The notes: generated by a model from the sequence alone, not told the origin. A stretch of DNA of 64,000 bases from Eledone cirrhosa (GCA_964016885.1 OZ024745.1:62868001-62932000), one strand, 5' to 3'; positions 15,004 through 31,299 are shown, counted from the stretch's first letter. Translations and numbers: made by a program.

Positions 15004-15188
15004 TGTTTCTACTTTAGGCACAAGGCCAGCAACTACCCAGTGCATTACTGGTACTTTATTTTATCGACGCCGTAAGGATGAAAGGCAAAGTCAACCTCGG
15101 CGGGATTTGAACTCAGATCGTAAAGGGACGTAACTATGCTGGAAATCATGGCGTTCGACCCTCTACCGATACTGCCAATCCACCGCCC
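15003..15188 (-). mobile_element. Abundant SINE, full length
   Basis: Reverse complement of the family consensus seen about 10 times in the window; (ATT)n tail. Confidence 0.85.
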
Positions 15189-15294
15189 TTATAATAATAA
15201 TAATGATAATAATGATATTAGTAGTAGTAGTACTACTAATTTTAGTATTAACTATGAAAAAAGTAGCAGTAGTAGTATTAACAGTGAAAGAAGC

Positions 15295-15328
<34 letters not shown>

Positions 15329-15387
15329 TAGTAATTGTGGTTGTAGTAATAACATTAGTAGTAGTAGTTGGTTTTGTTGTTGTTTTA

Positions 15388-15480
15388 GAAGAAGAAGAAG
15401 AAGAAGAAGAAGAAGAAGAAGAAGAAGAAGAAGAAGAAGAAGAAGAAGAAGAAGAAGAAGAAGAAGAAGAAGAAGAAGAA
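15388..15480. repeat. (GAA)n microsatellite
   Basis: Seen directly. Confidence 0.95.
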
Positions 15481-16391
15481 TGTATTGCAAATATCTTTGT
15501 AGATGGTAGGAAATAATATACTATTTTGGCGATCTGTACCAATAAGGAAAGTGTGATTATGTGGGGTAAAAATATAACCGCCTAAAACTTTTCTTCGTTT
15601 ACATCTCTGAACTTGTTCATGTACAAACCTATGATGCAACAAATTAGTGAAGTTTTTACTCGAACACACACACACTCTCACACTCACAGATACACAGATA
15701 AATACACCTACGCGTACTGTCATTCCTGAACGTACACACATACACACACACACATTCACTTTCAAGCACGCAGGTACACACTCACAGACGCACGTAGTTT
15801 GGAATAGTGTACAGGATAAGTGAAACCTTCGATGGCGATGTTCCGGTGGAAATAGGGGAAATTTGGTGTAAATCACTAAGTGGTATACTAAGATATTCTG
15901 AATTCACTTCCTATCGCGGCCTACTTTGCTCTTCGTTTTTTTTTTTCAGCTGGTAGTAAACTAAGTACCAGTGATATCATTGAGTCGATCTAACTGATTA
16001 TACTTCTCTATTACAAATGTATACCTTTCTAACAAGGTTAAACATTATTACCATTAATGATTGCCTTAATGTATAACGTGAACTTGCATGTGTGTGCTAC
16101 TGTGTGTGTGAACGTTAGTATGTTTTGTTTTTCTTTAAAGATAAGAAGATAGTAAAATATATACATTGTTATTAAACAGAAGTAACAACTCCAATGACAA
16201 CACTAAGTTCGTGATTATGTGCTTTTATTATGACAATATCTCTACCAGATTTATTATATCTTATACGACTAGAACACGATCGTGATCAGTCTCTCCTATT
16301 TTCTTTGATTTCTCATTCCTTTTCTGCTTTTTTCATTTCTCATTTTCTCAATTACATTCAATTCAAACTCTCCTTTTATCTTTCTATGAAA

Positions 16392-16483
<92 letters not shown>

Positions 16484-17702
16484 TGTATACATATATGTGT
16501 GTGTGTGTGTCTGTGTCTGTATGTGTATGTATATATGTGTGTGTATGTATGAATATATATATATATATATATATTCATACATACACACACATATATACAT
16601 ACACATACATACACAACACATACACACACACACACACATATATATATACATATATGTACAATTGTAACACAATAAATTGAGTTCAGATGCATCACTGATA
16701 TATATATATATATATATATATGTTTATCCATCTATCTATCGTAAGTGTCCGTTCAGTGGAAACAGTTATTGAACAGGCTGGCCATTAAAAATTACCATGG
16801 CCATTGTCGCCATACTGACTGCATCAATGTATTCCAAAGACGCATAAGAATGTCAAACGATTGTTAGAATGACAAACAGTCGCATGATTACATGCACATA
16901 TACCTATACATACATTTACACAGATAAAAAACATTAATGAAACAAATCACGTTTACATTTCAAGATAAATAGTACATTTATTTCCACACTATTTCTTTTC
17001 ATCACTATATCTGTAAAAAAAAAAGATTATTATGTATATAAATTAATATTATTTTTTTCTGTTATCGAACAAAATTACTAAGAAGGGGAGAATAATGGAC
17101 AAAACTGACGAAACTCCTTCGTCTAATGGATTGCTATTGGGGATTTTGTTTTACTGGCCTTCAGTTTAAATTGTTGAGATATATTGAGAATGGACACCAG
17201 TTAGAGACATAAATACACGTGATTACTAGTGCTGCCACTGTTGCTGCTTCTTACTATTATTATTGCTATGTTGATATTTCTTTGTTAGAGTTATATGTGA
17301 TACTAATTTTGCTATTTTGTATTTATATTTTTGCGAGTGTCGCTTTTGTCACGTCAATGTAGATTTACTATTTTTATACTAATGATGCAGTAGTTTGCTA
17401 TAATCAATGTGTTATCTTTTATTTGCTGTAAATTTACATGTTGCTGTCCTTATTGTTGTTTATATACAGCAATGTAATGGACTGATAAATTAGTCAGTTG
17501 TCCTTAAAATGCTTTGCAACATATAGTTAAATTTCTGTGGGTGCTAAGATCAAATCCTACCAGATCAAAAATGAGATTTCTATCCTGCGAGATTCGACTG
17601 AATAAATATCTCCAACAGCCAACTTCAATAAGGAGATATATAATTTAAAAATTGCTATTATTTTTGAAATTATTATTGTTGATTATAAGTAAATAAGATA
17701 TG

Positions 17703-17819
<117 letters not shown>

Positions 17820-18516
17820 TTATTCACAAAGCATGAAACCACAGTTTTGCAAATTTCCGTCTATATTACATTGCTAGAATAATTCTAAAATTTGACTATC
17901 ACACAAAATATTAAACGAAATCAATGAGGGAGACTTTTAGATGGTCAATCGATCTTCTACTTTTAACAATCAAATAACTTTCAGATTTCGATCTATTGTG
18001 TTACAAATATGCATATCCTGATATATTCCTATATATATAGTGCATAAAAGGTGACAGAATTACAATTTAGCTTCAGGCAAAGTTGTATACTGATATGTAT
18101 TGGAATTTCGTATTTGAGAAGAAATACGGTATGTTTATAATAAACATCTAGAGAGCTATAGCTATGCCATAACACGAGCGACTAATGTCGTCTGAAGCTA
18201 AATTATAATTCTATTCTGTTATAAGTCGAGCCAACTTATACAGCTTCATATGCAATTGAGATTAATCACCTCAGTTACACAGATGAGAAAACCGTATATT
18301 CGCGCCTGTTTTCAAAGCCCAGCATTTGCAAGAGTGGTAGGGATCGTGCTACATGAGAACCAGTTCATTTCAAAATGCTCATCCACGATTCTCCCCTCAC
18401 CTCTGCTGGACTCCGCCAGACGGCGTTAGTCGCTGGTGTTTTCGCATAGCTCTCTAAATGTTTATTATAAAAAGGTATACTTGTTTTATAGGGACCAGCT
18501 TTATAGGGACCAGCGC

Positions 18517-19108
18517 ATAAATTCCTCTGGCTTTTTTATGTGCTTAAAACTCTTTCTTTTTTCTTTTTTCTTTTTTCTTTTTTCTTTTTTCGTTTTTCTT
18601 TTTTCTTTTTTCTTTTTTCTTTTTTCTTTTTTCTTTTTTCTTTTTTCTTTTTTCTTTTTTCTTTTTTCTTTTTTCTTTTTTCTTTTTTCTTTTTTCTTTT
18701 TTCACTTCTTTCTTTTTAAAATTAAACATTTCTTTTTTACCTTTTATTTACTTTTTATCTCTTTATATTATCTTTATTTTACTTTTTTATTATGTTTAAA
18801 CGATTGTTTGTATTTTTTCCTTTTGTGTGCCATCAATTGTATCTGCATCTTGTGAGATCTGCTTGTGCCCTAACATTTAGCTGTGGTGTTTAACAACCCC
18901 AGTATGTACTCTCTCCTTATTCGCCATCTCCGATCTTCCTATCTTTACCCTCTATTGTATTCCGATTGTTCGTGTGACTAAGCTTGGATGAGCTTATACT
19001 CAGCACTGTGTTTATTAAGCTCTGATGAATCCTACCCAACGGTATGAATCAAACATTGTAAGCAAATAAAAACTGTTTGGGTATGTAAGCGTTCTTTGGT
19101 TTCTTTTA
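18517..19108 (+). mobile_element. PLE 3' UTR/pseudo-LTR fragment (family B)
   Basis: T-rich tract, HHR-like motif, AATAAA, and a TAAGCGTTCTTTG tail shared with 24510. Directly repeated at 25873-26424. Confidence 0.7.
19011..19070 (+). ncRNA. Hammerhead-like motif, GAAA mutated to CAAA
   Basis: GCT-CTGATGA-ATCCTACC(caac)GGTATGAAT-CAAAC-att-GTA-AGC. Confidence 0.55.
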
Positions 19109-19109
19109 C

Positions 19110-19763
<654 letters not shown>

Positions 19764-19766
19764 TAG

Positions 19767-22096
19767 AGGCGTAGTTTTAATAATTATGGATTTAAGACCT
19801 ATAGGAGCCCCCCGCATAATAGCCTGTTGGATAACTTCGAAAGTGAGCTATTATCCCTTGTTAGGAATATTAGATATAAAAAATCTAGAGGTACCAATAA
19901 ATTTCAGAGTAAACTAAGTTCAATCGTTAGGGACTTTAGGGATAATAAATCCATTCTGGTCCCCTCTGACAAAACTAAAAACTTATATAGTATGGATTAT
20001 AAAACCTATCGAGGCTTCATTTATAATGAACTACATAGGAACTACAAAAAAACAACGCAGAGTAATTTAGATAATATTAATCTGGAGGGGTATAAGATAG
20101 TGGTAAAATTAGGTCTTGATAAACACACTCAGCCTTATTACCCCAGGTAGCCTAGATTCACCCTCAAGGACCACAAGGAAGATTTTATTATCAGACCCTC
20201 GGTTAGGCTCATCTGCCCCTCCAAGTCTGACCTGGGGATTATTAGTAAGGGAATCTTGGATAGCGTTATTCCCCTGGTTAGAGAAAAAACTTTCCTTGAG
20301 CTCTGGGGTAACACTAGTGAGGTCATTACATGGTTCTCTACTGATTGTGGTCGTGACTCACTAAAACTCATCCAATTTGATATTGATGCTTATTATACAT
20401 CTATATCTCCTATTATCCTCAATAAGGCCCTCATCCTAGCCATGCGGAGGGGGGCAATTACTAGGCCACAGATAGATATTGTTCTCGCTGCACGTAAAAC
20501 CATTATCATGTTTGAGGATAATCTATGGACGAGAAAAAACACACCTGATAATTTTGACATCACTATGGGGTCGAGTGACTCTGCTCAAGTCACCGACTTG
20601 GTTGGACTATACCTCCTCAATGAACTGCATAGTAACTTCCCTTTCCTTAGGGGTGGGTTGTACCGAGATGACGCCCTACTCTCCATAGATACTAGTAAGT
20701 ATAATATAGAGCGCATTAGGAAAAAGCTGCATAGCTTTTTTAAAACTTTTAACCTATCCATTACAATGGATGTAAATGATAGAACTGTGAACTTCCTAGA
20801 TGTTACACTGGACTTGGATAACCATACGTACACACCGTACCATAAGCCCAATGAATTGCTGACTTACGTGAATACCTACTCCAACCACCCTAGGTCTGTC
20901 ATCAGCGGTATACTGAAGGGCGTATCTAATAGAATAAGTTCACTCTCACATAGTGAGGAGGCGTTTGACTCGCAGGCTGATTACTATAACGACGCCTTAG
21001 CTAGATCCGGCTTTAGGGACAAATTGTATTACACCCAGGGAAATAATGGTCCTAATAGTAGCTCTACCAGTGTTGTTATAACACATAATATGTCCATTGG
21101 TAATCGAGGTGTCGCGAATGGGAGGGTTCTAAATGCCGGTGGAATGAAACAGCAGGGCACCATTAGTCTAAGTAATAACAATAGAGGTGTCGTGAACAGG
21201 AGGTTTCTAGATGCCGGTGGAATGAACCAGCAGGGCACCATTAGTCTAAGTAATAGCAATGGTGGGCCTCGCAGCTCCCCGCATAGACTAGGTGAGCATA
21301 GAAACCGTAGAAATAATAATGCTAATAATACTGATGGAAATAGAAAGAATAAAAAGAATAGAAGAAGATTGAATACATACTTCAACCCCCCTTTTAATTC
21401 TGAAGTGGCTACAAATATTCCTAGGGCCTTCTTCTCTGTGCTAGAACGGAACTTCCCTCCTGGTAATAGGTACCACTCTATCCTCAATAAGAATGTTGTT
21501 AAACTTTCATATTCTACAACCCAAAATCTAGCCTCTCATCTGGCCATTACTAATAATAAGAAAATAAAGGAAGGCCTGGACAACCTAAGCCTAGGGGAAA
21601 ACACGGTGGTGGATAGAGTGGGCAGTAACACTGGTGGTGATCTTTCTGAGAATAGCATCACCAGAGGTTGTAACTGTAGAAGGGCTTCGGGCTGCCCCCT
21701 GAATGGTTTCTGCCTTGTTAGAAACATAGTTTATGCGTGTGATGTGGTAACTACGGCGTCCACTATGACCTATATAGGATCAACTTCCACCCCCTTTAAG
21801 ACCAGGTTTAACTCTCATCAATGCACTTTTAGACATAATAAACTGAAGAACTCCACCTCCTTGGCAGCGTACGTCCATAATTTAAAAAATGCACGAACAC
21901 CTTACACACTTTTTGGCGGCAGGTTGCTAAATCCCATCCATATACTCCTCATAGTAGAGTATGCAACCTGTGCCTTGCCGAATCCCACTCTATTATATTT
22001 GCTAAATGCCCTCTACTAAATAGAAAGTCTGAAATTTTTTCCTCTTGCCCCCACCGAATATTAAGCTCTTTCTTCTACTTTAAACCTGTTAGCTAG
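19767..22096 (+). pseudogene. PLE reverse transcriptase-GIY-YIG endonuclease ORF with one stop and one frameshift
   Basis: Motifs YGFKT, TLKDHK..PSVRLICPSKSDLG, FDIDAYY, ITMGSSDSAQVTDLVG, GLYRDD, FLDVTLDL, FNPPF, CNCR..CPL..CL..IVY..TYIG..FKTRF..H. TAG at 20148; a frameshift near 21910 restores CNLCLAE...NRKSEIFSSCPHR. Confidence 0.92.
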
Positions 22097-23219
22097 CACG
22101 TCCTTATTCCTCCAGTTGGGCTGTCTTGTGTAACTGTCTCTGACCGAGTGTAACTGTCTCCTAATGTTGGTCGTCTATGTATACGAGTCTGTGAATGTAT
22201 ACGTATGCCTGTGGGAGGATATTGATCTTGATATTGGGGTGTGCAGGGGAGTGTATGTTAATAAGCACCCCTGTTTGGTACAGTGGATGTAACCCATCCA
22301 CGCTGGCCTACCCACCATTAGTGCATTGGTGGACCTATCCTGACGTATATCTTGTTGATCTGTACCTCTGTATGCGCATGAGTTGTGATGTAATGTATTT
22401 ATGTAAAGCGTGTACTGTGATTTAGGCTGCACGAGTAGAAATTTAGCCTGTAACTGTGGCGGACCCGAGCCATCCTGCCGTAAGCAGTGGATACGTGGCG
22501 CATATATGTGTTGCCCTCATATTCTGTGGTTCAAGATCTACAGGCTGACCTCTGGGAACTCTTACCCGGGGTTGTAGTCTTTCTAGCACGATCGGCCTTC
22601 CTTATATTGACGGTCGTTTTTATGATCCCGAAAGTAACGTTTTGGCCCCGATGGCCCTCCGTAGTTACTAACGGTCTGTGTACACTCGAATCGGTCAATG
22701 ACACGTGCAGACATGAATATCTCCGTAGGATTTCAACTTTATTTTAATACATCTCATCGTATGTATTTGTTTTGAATATATTACCTGTGGTGGTGGGTCT
22801 GATCTAGTGTGGTATTTCGGTGTTTAATATTTAATATTGTATTTAATATCGTATTTAATATCGGCTTTGACCCGGGTGTCCTACGCTGTGTGTGTGTGCG
22901 TGTGTGCCCGTGTATACATTTATATGTGTATGGGTGTAGATGGTTATATGTGTCTGTGTGTATATATAAAAAAAAATATATATATATATATATGTATACC
23001 GTCTCTGCATGTGCATGTGGTGTGTATACGTGCATATACGTACTGAACATATTGATGTGTACAATCTTGTGATGTCCCAATGCGGTGACTTAATGGCTTT
23101 TATATTTTGTATGCGCTACAACTGTATCTGCTTGCTTTAATCTCACGCTTGCTAATGCTAATGCATGTGAATTCTTCTACCTCCTTTGATGCACCTTTCT
23201 GACCATTTGACTCCTGCCC

Positions 23220-23600
23220 GTGTTGAACCGGTTTGTGATTACCCCACCGCTCGAGTGATACTGGTGACTGTGACACTTAGCGCCTTCGTGGGCCCCTGAT
23301 GTTTTCAAGAAATATATTTTAAAAAAAATTGGTGTGTGAACCGGTTTGTGATTACCCCACCGCTCAACTGTGTGAATGCACACCCATGACTTTCGAGTGA
23401 ACTTTCGAGACTGCCCAACCTGGGACGCCTCCATTGCCTTGCAATGGTCAAGTGATACTGGTGACTGTGACACTTACTGCCTTCGTGGGCCCCTGACGTT
23501 TTCAAGAAATATATTTTGAAAAATTGGTCAAGTGATACACATAACTGTGACATTTAGTGCCTTCGTGGGCCCCTGATATATTCAAGAGATATATTCTAAA
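23220..23600. repeat. Imperfect tandem repeats in the PLE 3' UTR
   Basis: Three copies of GTGATAC..ACTGTGACA(C/T)TTA..GCCTTCGTGGGCCCCTGA..TTCAAGA(A/G)ATATATT and two of GAACCGGTTTGTGATTACCCCACCGCTC. Confidence 0.85.
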
Positions 23601-23696
23601 AAAAAAATATATATCTTATCTCTATTTACTTTATTTCATTTTATTTTATTTCATTTCATGTTATCTAATTTTATTTATTTACTTACTTGACTCCAT

Positions 23697-23743
<47 letters not shown>

Positions 23744-24438
23744 TATTTAAATTTAGATTTTAATTTTAAAATTTTAAAATTTAAATTTTAATTTTATTTA
23801 TTTATTTATTTAATTTTTATTTATTTATTTCTTTCTTTCTTTATTTATTTAATTACATTTAATTACATTTAATTATACATATAATTATAATTACACATTT
23901 GATTTTAATTTTAATTTAGTCTATGTTATTTGATTTTAGTTTACCTTATTTTATCTTATTTTACGATTATACTATATTATGTTCTATGTATATAATTTTT
24001 AATTTTTAATTTTTAATTGTATATTATTTTATCTCATTCCTTACCCTATATTTTATATTTTATATGTAAGTTTGTTATGTATTTCTTTGTATTTCTTTTT
24101 ATATATATTATAAGTTTGTTTTTTACCTATTTTTTACCTATTTTTTACCTACTCTTACCTAATCCCATTATCTTATCTACTCTTGTCTGTTCTCTTATCC
24201 ATGTGTCTACTCTTGTCTGTTCTCTTATCCATGTGTATGCTTGTATGTAACTATATGTTGACAGCACACCGCCCAACTGTGACAGATAGCACCACTTATT
24301 TTTATTTTTATTTTTATTTTTATTTTTATTTATTTTTACTTTTATTTTTATTTTTTATTCTTATCCTCTATCGTCTATTATTACCTTTCATTCTTCAATG
24401 TCTTGGATTTGTTATTGCTTGTATGGTATGTAATTAAC

Positions 24439-24496
24439 CTTTATGCTCTGATGAGTTCCACTTATAGTGTGGATGAAACAATGTTAGCAAGTAAAG
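24439..24496 (+). ncRNA. Minimal type I hammerhead ribozyme at the PLE 3' end
   Basis: TGCT-CTGATGA-GT-TCCAC(ttatagt)GTGGA-T-GAAAC-aat-GTT-AGCA; canonical core, predicted cleavage after GUU. Confidence 0.75.
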
Positions 24497-24630
24497 ATAT
24501 GCATATGCTATAAGCGTTCTTTGTTATTTATTTATTATATTACGGCTCTGTCCTCAGACATTGAGCTAACCTCATACTGCCTGCTGGATAAGTGGAGTGT
24601 TATACACCCCTGATCCTTTCCCTAGCATAC

Positions 24631-25872
<1,242 letters not shown>

Positions 25873-26424
25873 TTAAATTCCTCTGGCTTTTTTATGTGCT
25901 TAAAACTCTTTCTTTTTTCTTTTTTCTTTTTTCTTTTTTCTTTTTTCTTTTTTCTTTTTTTTTTTCTTTTTTCTTTTTTCTTTTATCTTTTTTCTATTTT
26001 TTTTCTTCTTTCTTTTTTCACTTCTTTCTTTTTAAAATTAAACATGTTTTTTTACCTTTTTATTTACTTTTTATCTCTTTATATTATCTTCAAATTACTT
26101 TTTTATTATGTTTAAACCATTATTTGTATATTTTGCTTTTGTGTGCTATCAATTGTATCTGCATCTTGTGAGATCTGCTTGTGCCCTAGCATTTAGCTGT
26201 GGTGTTTAACAACCCCAGTATGTACTCTCTCCTTATTCGCCATCTCCGATCTTCCTATCTTTACCCTCTATTGTATTCCGATTGTTCGTGTGACTAAGCT
26301 TGGAGGAGCCTATACTCAGCACTGTGTTTATTAAGCTCTGATGAATCCTACCCAACGGTATGGATCAAACATTGTAAGCAAATAAAAACTGTTTGAGTAT
26401 GTAAGCGTTCTTTGGTTTCTTTTA
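25873..26424 (+). mobile_element. Second copy of the family B pseudo-LTR fragment, with HHR-like motif at 26327-26386
   Basis: Direct repeat of 18517-19108 with the same CAAAC defect. Confidence 0.7.
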
Positions 26425-26456
26425 CATATATATATATACATACATACATACATACA

Positions 26457-26589
<133 letters not shown>

Positions 26590-28515
26590 CTATCCATTAT
26601 AAATGAGAGATCTGTCTGAAACTTACAAATTTAATGGCTTTTGTAAAAGTCAATATGTGTTTTCATAAATACATACACGTTGGAACTGGTAGAAAGCAAT
26701 ATATTTTCTCTGACTAGATTCCTGATAACTTCTTATTAGAACACTATAAGTGTTTTAAATAGCAAGAGATGAGGAAACAATAATCTATCATACCATCGTA
26801 CTTTAGATAATGACTTCATCACCTGTTATATACTAGGGACCATTACAATCAACTATAAATCTCCCCTCCAGTGTTACCCGCAAATATGATGATGATGATA
26901 GCGGTGGTGATGATAATGACTGTTATGATGATAATGGTGATGTGGAAAACGAAACGTCTACAACGAGGTTATTGATGACAATTTTACTGAAAATCCAACA
27001 AAAGAAACAAATTTAAATAAGTGTCATTAGAACAGTAATGATTAATGAGGTTATCAACGACAACAAATTATTTAAAAAGGAAATTCATAATTGTATTTTT
27101 CAAAGCAATAAAAGAAACAAATATATTATTCATTTTGTATTGACGCAGAGTTATATGATTGGTGTTTTAATTGTAGGTCAGAAGTTCATTTCATAAAAGT
27201 GTCCGTAAATGGAGAATTATATACGAGACGACATCAAGGGAAAATTGTGGCAGTACGCAGTGCAAAAGTACAAAAGGATTGGACGATAGAGATTCGAATA
27301 CATAACTGGTTGCACAAGAAAGGCTTATAATGAGGTAGGAGTATTTAGATTAAAATAAGAGCCAAATGTTTCAAGCTAGGGCCTAGACATATCTCACGAT
27401 GACAACTATCCGGCGGCTTATAACTTTTCTATGACGCTTAAAATTTACACATACTGTACTTAAATTATAGAAACACTAAATATAAAAGATGAAATCAACA
27501 TCAATACAATCTGAATTAATAATCTAAAAGCTGATAACTGGAAGGAATTGTCTCAGCTGTCCAATACAACAAACACACTCAGCCCTAGTAAATATTATAG
27601 GAACTAAACAGGATTTAAAGCCTATATTTAGAGAGAAGAAAAAGAACGGTTGCTAAAACTCGTTGATTGAGTGGTATATATTTTGTCAGACCAAGGGACA
27701 ATGAACCATGAAATTTGTATGGAATTGTATTGACAATGTACTGTGATATAACTGAATGCTGCAAATATCCAGTCAATCTTGCTGCCCGTTTGGTGACCTG
27801 ATTTTAATAGGGTTTAACTTATAACAAGACAATAGGTTAATCGTTCAACTATTGGAAAGTTAAATATTTCAGCCTTCTGGAATATCAATGATTTGAATAT
27901 CCGAAGTTATTTAGTCAGGCACTGATTTGTCCTCATGTTGACCTCGGTTCAATCTAATTACTTGCCATTTTGGGAAAGTGTATTATATTATAGCCTCTGG
28001 TTGACCCAAGTAATCTGAGTGAAATTGGGTACATGGAAACGCCGGAAACCCTTTAAGGCCTTTTCCCACACATCTCATACACTGATAATCTGTGATGATT
28101 AGATAAAATATACATTTGCTGAAGAATACTGTGATGCACACTAGCGTAATAAGCAGTATGTTTAGATGATCAAATGCATGAAAAAACATAAAATTTGTCG
28201 ATGATTCATTATATTTACATATAGTTTAGCCTTCTATTTGAATAATACTATCTTGAACAGGTCTTAAAATAATAATTAGTGTTCCAAGAATTGGTTTCGG
28301 ATCACAGATTTGTCGGATGATAGTAGTGGATTTATTTGATCCCACGTCTTTTCAGTACAAAATCTATCTTGTTGTTGAAATGAAAATCAAACAAGGTTTC
28401 ACTGTAAAGGAATAACATTTGAATGCACGAATGCCATTAATTTCCTTCGTGAAAAATTATAAACTCAGTTTAATAGCCAACTTGACTTCAACGGAATTGA
28501 ACACAGTACATATAA

Positions 28516-28697
28516 TTGTTTCTACTTTAGGCACAAGGCCAGCAATTACCCAGTGCATTACTGGTACTTTATTTTATCGACCCCGTAAGGATGAAAGGCA
28601 AAGTCAACCTCGGCGGGATTTGAACTCAGATCGTAAAGGGACGTAACTATGCTGGAAAGCATGGCGTCCGACCCTCTACCGATACTGCCAATCCACC
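28516..28697 (-). mobile_element. Abundant SINE
   Basis: Matches 15003-15188. Confidence 0.85.
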
Positions 28698-29806
28698 AAT
28701 AATGCTGCCGTAACAGTTGCAACAATGAATATTACCCATGTTCTAACGGTTCTTCAAATTCTCAATATGTCACAGTTGCTGACAGTAGTGACATACTTTA
28801 GAAATTATTGTGCAAAATAACGATGCAAAATCTCATATATATTTTCCGATTTATCCGGCTCGAAATATTTTGGTTCCACTAAAAAACAAATTCTATTATT
28901 GATACGCCCCACCTCTGTGGCCCAAGCCCAACGAGCATCATTTGGTCTTTGTTTCGTAGAGCAGCTGCCTTTGCTCCGACACATTGTAGTATATAACTAG
29001 ATGACTCGCAAACAATCCAATGTCATCGGTAGCAAAGTGTTCATAGTTTTGAAATTCTTCAGAATCGAGATATGCTCACATGATACTGGTGACATCTCTG
29101 CTGTGATATAAGTATAGAATTGAATTGTTAAAAAGTAACTAGCCCTTGTAGTTGGAAATCAAACCAATGCCTTCTGGAATAAAATGCTTCGGCTCAATGT
29201 GACATTTTACCACAGTAATTTGGTGTTTTTGCTTTTATAGTTATCATCTAAATAGACCACCAGGTCTATGTGCAAATGCAATGAAATCATAACTTCCACG
29301 TTTGTCATACACATATATAACCAGGGACTATATTAAGCTGTGTGCATTCCTGTGTGTGCGACTGTATGTAAATGTGAATGCGATAGGACTCTGATTTGGC
29401 CAGTGTCATTAAATATTACAGTTGAGTTTACAATCTTGCGTACATCTTTTATCTGGGTGGATAAATGAATGAACAGTGAATTGTGATTCTTCTATTCTCT
29501 ATCATTCTATACTTACCTGTCTGTCACTTTCTCAATATTTATTTCTCACACTCTCTCATTTGTTCTCTATCACACTCCCTTGATATTGTTACACTGTGCA
29601 ATGAGATGTTCGTGAGAGACGCCTCATAGAATATTCAATGTCAGGATACCTACTGCAAGAATTAAAGATCTCCAGATATCTTTGGAAGGCTATACCTACT
29701 CCAAGAATTGGCGGTTGCAGATAATGATGACAACTGTTGCACTTGTAAGCACCACTACCAAAACTGCCACCACCAATACTACTACTACTACTACTACTAC
29801 TACTAT

Positions 29807-29854
<48 letters not shown>

Positions 29855-30467
29855 GACTACTACTACTACTACCACCGCCACCCCTGCAACTACTACTACT
29901 ACTTAAAATCTTACTTATACTTTTGTTCTGACAAAACATTCCTTTAATTAGGGACCGAAAGCAAAACAAACCGCAGGTTAACATTCATTAGTGGCTGTAA
30001 ATGTCACTATTACAAAAAACCCATCGGGATTTGCTGAGAGGTATGTAGGGCTGAGATAGTATTTCAGGCTGTAATTGTGACGTCAAGTAAACAGTCTCTC
30101 CAATATGTAAATTCCCATGAGTTATAACCGGGCCCAATCTAAGTGATTGTCTGTAAAACATACAACATTCACATCATCAAACAGTACAACGATAATAATT
30201 ACTACTACTACTAACATCACCACTACTACCAACACCAGCCCTGCTGCTGCTGCTACTACTACTACTACTACTACTACTACTAATATCACTAACACCACTA
30301 CCAACACCACCCCTGCTGCTGCTGCTACTACTACTACCAGGATCAGACCACCACCAACACTACTACTACTACTACTACTACTACTAACATCACCACCACT
30401 ACCAACACCACCCCTGCTGCTGCTGCTACTACTACTACTACTACTACCAGGGTCAGAGCACCACCAA

Positions 30468-30505
<38 letters not shown>

Positions 30506-31299
30506 TATTTATATTTGCTGCTACTTCTGTAATGTTCAATTATTAGCCGAGGCAAAATTAGGTAAGGGAAAAGGAAATAAAGAAAAAGCAAAAAAGAGAG
30601 AGAGAAAATAAAATGAAGAGACGAAGAACGACAATTTAATATAGTGATGGCTGGATGAGATACAAAACCAATAGCAACGATGGCACTATTAAAAACAACA
30701 GCAATAAGATCGATAGCAACTATATGATCTTCAAGAACGACAGTCCCTTAGTAATTAGTGAGAGTAAAAGGAGGGACAAGCAAATAGATGAACGATGGAG
30801 TGGGATAGCAGGAGTGTAATTGAGGGATTGTCTAGCTTTGTGGAAGGCAAGTAACAACAGCAACTGAGGGATAGCAACGGCAGCAACAGTGCCTACACAA
30901 GCAGTAGCACTAGGTTAATCGAGGTGATAATTTCAAACGCAGATTACAATTAAATACTATAACAAAAGATGATTTGTGTGACGTGTCCATTGGTATCTTT
31001 ATGTATGTTTACATGCATGTATGTATATGTATTTATATCAATGTCTGCACGTACATGCATGTTTGTATGTATATGCATGTATCTTTGTACGTATAGATGG
31101 ATTGGCTGTTGCACGAACACAAAAACACACACGTAACCATATACATGTACACAAAAACACAAGACTCCTATGACAGAGTAAACTAAGAATATCTATTGCT
31201 TCTGTTGCGATTTAATTTTTTTAAATTTTAATTTTAATTATCTGGTAATCCTATATTGTGTGATGTCCTTTGGTTAGTTGAAGTTGTTGGTGTTTTTTT

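Larger units (their letters stand above)
19767..24630 (+). mobile_element. Near-full-length Penelope-like element (Naiad-like)
   Basis: RT + GIY-YIG ORF, then a ~2.5-kb 3' UTR ending in an HHR and tail. Both ends abut TA microsatellite. Confidence 0.9.

Noticed and set aside
20148-20150. In-frame stops in the Naiad ORFs as selenocysteine recoding (reported for some Naiads)
   Set aside because: Both stops (20148, 46469) are TAG rather than TGA, the conserved Cys codons are normal, and I recognised no SECIS.
23220-23600. CRISPR-like array
   Set aside because: The context is eukaryotic, spacing is irregular, the spacers are not unique and there are no cas genes.
28800-29200. Minus-strand exon or RT remnant (FATDDIGLFAS)
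   Set aside because: A single weak motif with stops nearby and no supported splice structure.
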